This document shows, one piece after another, positions 16,042-23,388 of a DNA stretch of 32,000 nucleotides. How positions within the stretch are numbered: position 1 is the stretch's first letter; the number at the start of each line of letters is the position of its first letter. A model generated the notes under the pieces. That model saw only the letters and a list, made by a program, of their open reading frames with translations. It searched no databases and was not told the origin of the DNA. Origin of the DNA: Desulfotalea psychrophila LSv54 (GTDB taxonomy: Bacteria > Desulfobacterota > Desulfobulbia > Desulfobulbales > Desulfocapsaceae); the NCBI RefSeq assembly GCF_000025945.1, contig NC_006138.1, forward strand, positions 2,340,001 to 2,372,000. The letters are read 5' to 3'. The position numbers and the translations under genes are program-made.

Positions 16042-19000
16042 TCAGAACCGGAATTCGAGTTTCGCGGAACCGCCGTAATCGTAGCTGTTCGTCGACAAGG
16101 CGGTCTGGGCCCGTATTGACAGCGAAAGGTTGTCCTGTAGCTGCGCATCGAAGCCCACGGTTAAATCGCCCTGGCAACGGTCGGTGCCCATTGTGAAGTT
16201 CAGTTCTCCGAGCGAAGCATCCGCGTCCACCAGCGTCGAACTCGCGTCCATGCTCGGTTTGTTTAATACCACCGTGAGACCCGCCCGGATGAAGGCCAGC
16301 ATGGAGTGGTCATTGCCCGAGAAGGCCCGACCAAGCTCGATCATTGGGGTCATGGCGAGCCAGCCATCGCTGACCGACCCGACGTCCCAATTCAGGAGGC
16401 CGTTGCCGCTTTCGGTAAAACTGTCCTGCCAGACCTGTGTGTAGGCCAATGCGGCTGAGGGCTTGGCGTAGTAGCCACTTTGGCCTAAGAACACAGCCGA
16501 TGCCCGGACCTCGGCTCCGAGGAAGCCTCCGTCTATGTCGGAATTGGCTTGTTGCCAAATCTGGGAGGACTTGTAGGCCCGATCGTAGTTGAGTGAATAG
16601 ATCCCACCGGTCAGTGCTGTGGAGAGGGTGAACCTCCCGATCTCTTTCTTAAGAGCCAAGCCCAGCGAATAGCGCTCGCCATCCTGAGAAAAGTTGTCGC
16701 CGTCGATGGACAGCGTCTCGAATTGGCCCACTATCTCAATAAAGGTGTCGGCTGCGATCTCACGTTGCGAGCCGAGTGCGATACCCCAGGTGGTCTCGGA
16801 GAACTCAGGACTTTCTCCAGTGGCATTCTGGTTTAAATGCGAGCCGATTGCCTGGACCCAGGCACAGTCGTTCTGGCGCAGGAAGTCGGTGCCGGTCGTC
16901 GGGTCGAGTGTCGGACAGCTCTGCATTAGCTGGTTTAGCCTGTGCGATGCCGAGACCGCTCTGGTCGCCCCGATCAGGCTCTCTTCCGGGGTATGGCTAC
17001 CGTAGATTGCCGCTAGTTCGTCGGCACTGGTAGTGTTCAGAATCGTGGTCGCGTGCATGGATAAGGCTTCTTCCGTGTCGCCGCTCGCCGTGGCCTCAAT
17101 TGCCGCTAGTTTGTCGGCACTGGTAGTGTTTAGAATTGTGGTCGCGTGCATGGAGGCTTCTTCCGTGTTGCCGCTCGCCGTGGCCTCAATTGCCGCCATG
17201 GCGCTGCTTAAATATCTGGCATAACTGAGCGCATTGTTCCCTAGTTCTATTCCCGCTGCGCTGCCAGTATAGTCGATCGTGTAATTGACGAAGATATCGC
17301 TGGTCTTGTTGCTGAGGGTGTAGGTGACGGTCGGGGTGTTGACTAATGTCGCGGTCATTGTCTTGAGGTTAGCGTCATTCGTCAGCGAAACGATGTGCAG
17401 TACGCCGGTGTTGCCGCTGGAAAGGGTGGTGCTTCCAACCCAAACGGGTTGGATCACGCCGGTCAGGTTGATCTGCGCGCCCTGGGCAAGACCATCAAAA
17501 ACGATCTGGTCATTTAATACAGTCCCAGTCGAGTTTTGTTGGACATCGATCCAGAGTGTCCCGGCCTCGGCGTAGGTTTCACCGAGGCTCACCGTGCTTG
17601 TGCCGACTATGTTCTGGCCATAGGGCGACATGGTGCTGCCGTCGTAGCCTGTGTAGTTACCGAGCTTGCCAAGATAGACGGTCTTGCCGGCGTGGAAGTA
17701 CGCGGCCTGTAGGTTTTCGAACTCAGTCCGGTTGGAGTCGTCGAGTTGCAGCGAGCCCGAGAGGATGCCTCCGTTCCAATTGTGGATCCTGAGCGCCCCT
17801 TGAGAATCGTTAGCAATGACCACTGAGTCCGCGTTGGCGCTCTGGATTGTGCCCTCGTTCTGGATCATGTTGGAATAGCTGAGCGACCCGTCGGAATTAT
17901 AGTTTGACCGCCCCCCTGAGATAGCGATCGTCTCGTAGGCCGAACTGTTCGTCGTCTCGACCAGTCCGCCTTTATTGACATAGATGTGACTGGTGCCCCG
18001 GCATTCGGCGTCTTTGCACTGGGTGGAACCGCTGCTTTCGCTGCCCTGCGGATCGTCTGTGCCAATTTCCGAGGATTGGGCGAGGATCGCCCGGGCGTTC
18101 GCGCCCTCGGTTTTTACTGTGCCGGCGATACGCATCTTGACCCCACCGGAGTAGCCATCGGTGCCCGAAGCGCTCTGCGCGAAGATCCCGTGCGAGCCGG
18201 TGCCCTTGACATTAATCAAGCCGTCAATGGCTATGTCGACATAGCCACTGTTGCCGGCGTCTCCGGCGCTACCGATGCTTACGCTGTCCGTTTTGCTGCC
18301 AAGATTGCCACCGGCACCGCCGCTACCGCCGACGGACTGCACCCAGATCCCGTGGGCGTTTTCATTTGCCGTGTTAATCTGGCCGGTACTCGTGATGTTA
18401 ACATCGCCCCCGTCGCCACCCTGGCCACCGTTGTCCTTACCGAAAATCTGGGCCCCCATGGTTTCATAGAAATTGGCCACAGCGGTTACGATGCTACTTT
18501 CGATGTCACCGGCCGATCCACCGCCGCCACCGACCGATTGGGCATAAATACCCATGGCTCCGGAGCCTCCGGTACTGATATTGCCGCTGTTGGTGACGGC
18601 CACATTACCGCCGTTGCCGCCCCCAGATCCCGACCGTGCGACGGTGATAGAAGTCAGAAGCCCCTGACTCCCGTCGCCGCCACTGCCGCCGCCGCCGCCC
18701 ACGGATTGCGCGAAGATCGCCGTGCCGCTGTCGCCGGTTGTGGTCAGCGTGGCATCGTTTTCGACCGTGACGTTGCCGCCGGTGCCAGAGGCCCCAGCCT
18801 GGCCGCCGATGTCGATTTCAAAGGAGAGTTCGTCTTTGGGGAAGCCCTTCACGTCCTTGTAGGTGTCATAGAGGTCGTCCAGAAACTCGCCGGTATTCTT
18901 GATATCCGCGACCCAGCCCTTAAGCCCGGGCGAGCCGTTGCCGGAGTTGCCGCCACCACCGCCAACCGACTGGGCGTAGATCGCGTAGGAGGCGTTGCCG

Positions 19001-22000
19001 ACCGTCGAGATGGTGCCCGCCGAATGGGTTACCGACACGTCGTTGCCGTCACCAGAGACGCCTTGGTCGCCGCCCATGGTAAAGTTCAGAGAATAGCTTT
19101 TACCTTCGTCGGTCTTGGTCTGTTTCTTGGTGTAGCCAAAGGTATGGGACCCGGCTTGGCCGCCGTCCCCACCGCCGCCACCGACCGACTGGGCGTAGAT
19201 GCCGTAAGCGGTCTCGGTCTGCGTGGAGATGTCTCCGTTGTTTTGCACAGTTACCGAGCCGGCATCCTCCCCGCTGCCGCCTGAACCGCCCAGCGCCACG
19301 TTCGCGTTAACGTCGAGGTTATTGTCACCGGGCTTGTAGAAGAAGTCTCCCGCGAAGGCGAAGCCGTAGGCGCCGACGCCGCCGTTGCCGCCGACCGACT
19401 GCGCATAGATGCCATGGGAGTTGCCGCCCGATGTCTTGAGCGTGGCGTCATTCTCGACCGTCACAGAGCTGCCAACCGACCCGCTGCCGCCGTTGCCGCC
19501 GATCGAAACGGAGGCATCTACCGTCGGCCCGGTACTCCCCGACAGTGTGAAGGCGTAGCTGCCGCCACCCTTGCCGCCGTTGCCGCCGATCGATTGCGCG
19601 AAGATCCCGTAGGACAGATGTCCGGACGTTGTGATGTCGCCACCGCTGTTGTTGGTCACTGTGACCGCTTTCGCCGTGCCCGAGTCGCCGCCATCGCCGC
19701 CAACGGAGACGTTGACTGAACCACTACCGTCGGAGCTCAAATCGATCGCCCCTGCAATGATGGCACCGCCGTCGCCGCCGTTGCCGCCAACCGACTGGGC
19801 GGTAATCCCCGTGGAGTGATAGCCAGCGGTGGTGATTTGGCCCGAGTTGGTGATGTCGACCGTATCTGCAGTGCTACCCTTGCCGCCGCTACCGCCAACG
19901 GAGACGTTGACCGAGGCCGAGATCGGCCCGGCGCTTCCGGCTCCGGTACCCAGAAATCCGCCTACGCCGCCGCTCCCGCCCAGAGACTGGGCAAAGACCC
20001 CGTGCGAGCTGTCGCCCGACGTTTTAATATTTTCGGTGTTGGTCAGCGTCACCTTGCCGGCTGTGCCGCCGTTGCCGCCGTCTCCGCCGTGGGCGATGTT
20101 GAGATCACCCACGATGCCAAATGACGCTGAGGCCGTCACGCCCCCGGAGCCACCGCCCCCGCCCATACTCTGGGCCAGGACGCCGGTCGCACCCGAGCCA
20201 GCGGTGGTGACGGACGCGTTATTGATCAGCGTTATATCCGAGGCCATTCCGCCTAGACCGCCGTTGCCCCCATGGGTATAGCTGAGGCTGATACCGGCAT
20301 TGCCATTGACTGTGGTGCCAGCCGTGCCACCACCGCCGGCCACACTCTGGGCCATGACGCCGGTCGAGAGATTGCCGGATGTCGTCACGCTACCGGCGGT
20401 GGTCAGCTCCACCGTTCCCGACGAGCCGCCCGCACCACCGGATGAGCCGAGGCTGATACCGGCATTGATCGAGACGTCTCCGTCGACGGTATAACCCGCT
20501 TTGCCGCCACCGCCGCCGATGGACTGGGCGACGACGCCAAGTGCATTGTCGCCCTTGGTCTCGACCGTGCTGTCAGTTTGGACCCAGACCGCTCCGGCAG
20601 AGCCGGCAGTTCCCGCAGATGAACCCTGATTGCCAATGAACTGGCTGATTTCCCCGCCGACATTGGCATCGATAACGTTGCTCGACTGGCCACCGCCGCC
20701 ACCAATCGATTGCACCAGGATGCCGTCTGCGTGGTCGCCATCGGTCGTGGCATCGGTCTTGGAGTTTACCGTGACGTCGCCACCGGTCCCGCCGTCCTGA
20801 CCGCCCGCCCCCATGTCATGATTGAATTCAAGGGTGCTGCCTGCCTCGATGCTATTACCAGCCGAACCGCCGCCACCCCCGACCGACTGGACAAGGAGGG
20901 CCGAAGATGTAGCTCCGTGCGTGGTTACCGATCCGGTCAGGCCAACGGTATCCTTGTTGCCGACGTTGACGGTTCCACCGTGATGCGCTGCGGTCGTGGC
21001 CAAGGCGGCGGTCTGTTGGTTGAAGGTCAGGCCGATGTCGACGTTGACCACGTTGCCGCCGGTGCCGCCGCCACCGCCGATGGACTGCGCGACGAAGCCA
21101 TTAGACTTGAAACCGGAGGTTTCGATGTCGACGCTGCCGCCTTCGCTGGTGACCGTGATGTCGCCGCCTGAACCGCCATCGCCGCCCTGGGAGCCGAGGA
21201 CAGGCTTGATGATATCGAGGGCGGCAAGGGAGCTACCGCCATGGCCACCACCGCCGCCAACGGATGAAATCAGTACCCCGTCTGCGATGCTACCCTGCGT
21301 TGTGACCCCGAGCGTTCCACTCTTGAGATCAAAGGTCACGTCGGAGCCACTGCCGCCATCTCCACCGTTGGCTCCGAGGGCCCAGGGCCCTGTGGGCGAG
21401 GTCGACTTGCCGCCGCCGTTGCCGATACTCGAGATCATCACACCAACAGCATATTCGCCCTCGGTCGTGATGGTGGTGTTGCCGTCGGCGGAGAAGGTGG
21501 CAACATCACCATTGCCGCCTTTCCCTCCAGCACCGCCAAGGGCGACCACGCCTTCGTTCCCGCCGCTGGTGCCGCCGCCTCCGCCAGCGCTCAGCACGAA
21601 GATTCCTGACGCGTCGTCGCCCTTGGTAGTGATGGTGTTGGTGTCCGTCAGCGTGACGGTGACGTTACCGCCCGCGCCACCTGCACCACCTGCGGCACCG
21701 ATGGTGACAAAGCCATCGTCTTTCGAACCGACACCGCCGCCACCGCCCACCGAGAGTGCGCTTAGTCCAATAGAAGAGTTCCCTGTCGTAGCCACAGACA
21801 CGGCATTAAGGGTTGTCGTAACGGTATTGCCATCACCACCACTCGCGCCGTTGGCGCCATAGCCGACAAAGCCGCTCGCGCCGCCGGAGCTACCGGCGAA
21901 ACCGCCGACACTCTCCACGAGGATGGCCGAGGCTTCATCGCCTTTCGTGGTAATAGTTCCATTCGCGTAGCTGATCGTCGCCTCGCCACCCGGTCCCGGC

Positions 22001-23133
22001 ACGCTGGCAAGACCAGAGTCGCTGTCGAACCAGCTATCGCCTTTGCCGCCACTGCCGCTGGCGCCGCCGATACTCTGGATAAAGACGCCTTGCGCCTGGG
22101 CGCCCGAGGTCGTGATGTCGCCGGCGAAAGTCACATTGATCTCTCCAGCAGTGCCGCCGTGTCCGCCAACGCCTCCAACCCCTTCGGCCGTCCCATCCCC
22201 TTCGCCGCCGGTCCCTCCGTCCCCAGCCTCGCTGATAGCAACGATGCCATGTCCCGCATCGCCCGAGGTCGAGATTGCGTTCGAACTGCTGTCAGCGGTG
22301 AGCTCTACAATCCCGCCGTTGCCACCGGCACCACCAGTGCCGCCCGTAGCCTTGTTCGACGAAACCCCTTCACCCGCGGTGTTGCCGTTGCCGGCGACGC
22401 TAACCAGGGCGATACCGCTGCTGGCGCTCGTGGCGATGTCGACTGAATGCTGATCGTCGAGCCTCACGGTGATATCGCCGCCATTGCCACCGGCACCGCC
22501 GTTGCCGCCATTACCCTGATGAACCCCGCCGCTATGGTTGTGGCCCTCGCCGCCTTCGCCGCCGTTACCACCCCGGCTGAGCACGATAATACCTGGGCCG
22601 TTCTTCGCGGTGATTGGGAAAGGGGGCACCCCGCCGTTGTCAGCATTGGCTGTGATCGTCACGACGCTGCCATTACCACCGGCGCCGCCGACCCCGCCAT
22701 AGGCGGTGGTGGAGTATTTCTTGTCCTCATTGGCGTTGCCACCGATGCCGCCGTTGCCTTCGATCGAGATCCCGCCCGTGGCGCTGTCGATGCCAAAGCC
22801 CTTGTCGAAATGCATCATCAAGGACATATCGTACGAACTGTAGCCCTCCCCCCCCGGCTGACCATTCATATGCTTTCCGTCGGTCGCGTCGGTCCCCGGG
22901 CCCGCTTGGTCCGTAAACTTGAACGCATAGTCGCCGTCACTTGACAGGGAAGGCCCGAAATTACCCGTTACGTTTTCGTACAGGAAGTGGGTGGCAGTGC
23001 TTGACCCGACATTGAGGACCGGGATATCGCTGCCGGAGCAGGTATAGGTGCCATTATCATTGAGACATGACCCAATAGATAAAGTTGGCAACATAAAAAT
23101 AGATACCATCGAAAAAATGTGCGTCATTCTCAT
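16042..23133 (-). CDS. Giant type Va autotransporter, copy B (2363 aa), paralogue of copy A
   Basis: Uninterrupted ORF, collinear with copy A. The signal peptide is identical, the barrel differs at 6 of 276 aa, and the passenger is visibly diverged. The SD is weaker (AAGGAA). Confidence 0.9.
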   Translation of the reverse strand: MRMTHIFSMVSIFMLPTLSIGSCLNDNGTYTCSGSDIPVLNVGSSTATHFLYENVTGNFGPSLSSDGDYAFKFTDQAGPGTDATDGKHMNGQPGGEGYSSYDMSLMMHFDKGFGIDSATGGISIEGNGGIGGNANEDKKYSTTAYGGVGGAGGNGSVVTITANADNGGVPPFPITAKNGPGIIVLSRGGNGGEGGEGHNHSGGVHQGNGGNGGAGGNGGDITVRLDDQHSVDIATSASSGIALVSVAGNGNTAGEGVSSNKATGGTGGAGGNGGIVELTADSSSNAISTSGDAGHGIVAISEAGDGGTGGEGDGTAEGVGGVGGHGGTAGEINVTFAGDITTSGAQAQGVFIQSIGGASGSGGKGDSWFDSDSGLASVPGPGGEATISYANGTITTKGDEASAILVESVGGFAGSSGGASGFVGYGANGASGGDGNTVTTTLNAVSVATTGNSSIGLSALSVGGGGGVGSKDDGFVTIGAAGGAGGAGGNVTVTLTDTNTITTKGDDASGIFVLSAGGGGGTSGGNEGVVALGGAGGKGGNGDVATFSADGNTTITTEGEYAVGVMISSIGNGGGKSTSPTGPWALGANGGDGGSGSDVTFDLKSGTLGVTTQGSIADGVLISSVGGGGGHGGSSLAALDIIKPVLGSQGGDGGSGGDITVTSEGGSVDIETSGFKSNGFVAQSIGGGGGTGGNVVNVDIGLTFNQQTAALATTAAHHGGTVNVGNKDTVGLTGSVTTHGATSSALLVQSVGGGGGSAGNSIEAGSTLEFNHDMGAGGQDGGTGGDVTVNSKTDATTDGDHADGILVQSIGGGGGQSSNVIDANVGGEISQFIGNQGSSAGTAGSAGAVWVQTDSTVETKGDNALGVVAQSIGGGGGKAGYTVDGDVSINAGISLGSSGGAGGSSGTVELTTAGSVTTSGNLSTGVMAQSVAGGGGTAGTTVNGNAGISLSYTHGGNGGLGGMASDITLINNASVTTAGSGATGVLAQSMGGGGGSGGVTASASFGIVGDLNIAHGGDGGNGGTAGKVTLTNTENIKTSGDSSHGVFAQSLGGSGGVGGFLGTGAGSAGPISASVNVSVGGSGGKGSTADTVDITNSGQITTAGYHSTGITAQSVGGNGGDGGAIIAGAIDLSSDGSGSVNVSVGGDGGDSGTAKAVTVTNNSGGDITTSGHLSYGIFAQSIGGNGGKGGGSYAFTLSGSTGPTVDASVSIGGNGGSGSVGSSVTVENDATLKTSGGNSHGIYAQSVGGNGGVGAYGFAFAGDFFYKPGDNNLDVNANVALGGSGGSGEDAGSVTVQNNGDISTQTETAYGIYAQSVGGGGGDGGQAGSHTFGYTKKQTKTDEGKSYSLNFTMGGDQGVSGDGNDVSVTHSAGTISTVGNASYAIYAQSVGGGGGNSGNGSPGLKGWVADIKNTGEFLDDLYDTYKDVKGFPKDELSFEIDIGGQAGASGTGGNVTVENDATLTTTGDSGTAIFAQSVGGGGGSGGDGSQGLLTSITVARSGSGGGNGGNVAVTNSGNISTGGSGAMGIYAQSVGGGGGSAGDIESSIVTAVANFYETMGAQIFGKDNGGQGGDGGDVNITSTGQINTANENAHGIWVQSVGGSGGAGGNLGSKTDSVSIGSAGDAGNSGYVDIAIDGLINVKGTGSHGIFAQSASGTDGYSGGVKMRIAGTVKTEGANARAILAQSSEIGTDDPQGSESSGSTQCKDAECRGTSHIYVNKGGLVETTNSSAYETIAISGGRSNYNSDGSLSYSNMIQNEGTIQSANADSVVIANDSQGALRIHNWNGGILSGSLQLDDSNRTEFENLQAAYFHAGKTVYLGKLGNYTGYDGSTMSPYGQNIVGTSTVSLGETYAEAGTLWIDVQQNSTGTVLNDQIVFDGLAQGAQINLTGVIQPVWVGSTTLSSGNTGVLHIVSLTNDANLKTMTATLVNTPTVTYTLSNKTSDIFVNYTIDYTGSAAGIELGNNALSYARYLSSAMAAIEATASGNTEEASMHATTILNTTSADKLAAIEATASGDTEEALSMHATTILNTTSADELAAIYGSHTPEESLIGATRAVSASHRLNQLMQSCPTLDPTTGTDFLRQNDCAWVQAIGSHLNQNATGESPEFSETTWGIALGSQREIAADTFIEIVGQFETLSIDGDNFSQDGERYSLGLALKKEIGRFTLSTALTGGIYSLNYDRAYKSSQIWQQANSDIDGGFLGAEVRASAVFLGQSGYYAKPSAALAYTQVWQDSFTESGNGLLNWDVGSVSDGWLAMTPMIELGRAFSGNDHSMLAFIRAGLTVVLNKPSMDASSTLVDADASLGELNFTMGTDRCQGDLTVGFDAQLQDNLSLSIRAQTALSTNSYDYGGSAKLEFRF
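16045..16872 (-). other. Segment encoding the autotransporter beta-barrel translocator domain of copy B
   Basis: Same 276-aa C-terminal domain as copy A with six substitutions (K/E, D/N, T/A, N/D, V/G, E/K). Confidence 0.8.
17006..17188 (-). repeat. In-frame tandem duplication (93 nt + 90 nt) in the pre-barrel linker of copy B only
   Basis: Unit 1 (17006-17098) and unit 2 (17099-17188) both begin attgccgctagtt and end gccgtggcctca. They encode AAIEATASGNTEEASMHATTILNTTSADKL and AAIEATASGDTEEALSMHATTILNTTSADEL. Copy A has a single unit. Confidence 0.85.
18067..22780 (-). repeat. Coding array of glycine-rich passenger repeats (copy B)
   Basis: Collinear with the copy A array and has the same xAQS[IV]GGGGGxGG cores. 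Boundaries are approximate. Confidence 0.8.
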
Positions 23134-23308
23134 AGTAATTCCTTAAAATAAAATCTAGAATTGAACTTTCCAGTAGGGCCACTAAAGGAATAAGCGTAAA
23201 GTTTGAGGGTAGTGAAGATTTGGTCGTGATGGCAAATGGGGAAAATTTCAATCGTATAATAATGGGGATTATTTTAATAAGTCAGCTCTCTACGATAAAG
23301 TAAATGAG

Positions 23309-23341
23309 CTTTCATCAAGAGGGAAAACCTCTTGATGAAAG
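23309..23341 (-). terminator. Probable intrinsic terminator of the D-lactate dehydrogenase gene
   Basis: Perfect 14-bp stem ctttcatcaagagg/cctcttgatgaaag with loop gaaaa, about 50 nt past the stop. On the minus strand it is followed by the T-rich ctcatttactttat. Confidence 0.55.
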
Positions 23342-23354
23342 ATTGGCATTGCGA

Positions 23355-23372
23355 TCCCCGTTTGCACGGGGA
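23355..23372 (-). terminator. Second small hairpin between the dld stop and the main terminator
   Basis: tccccgt-ttgc-acgggga forms a 7-bp stem. Its function is uncertain. Confidence 0.25.
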
Positions 23373-23388
23373 CACTAGCCTCTGTATG

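Noticed and set aside
16130-22944. The equivalent set of nested ORFs inside giant gene B (for example 17986..19284 at 432 aa, 20996..21862 at 288 aa).
   Set aside because: Same reasoning as for copy A: these are compositional artefacts of the glycine-rich coding strand.
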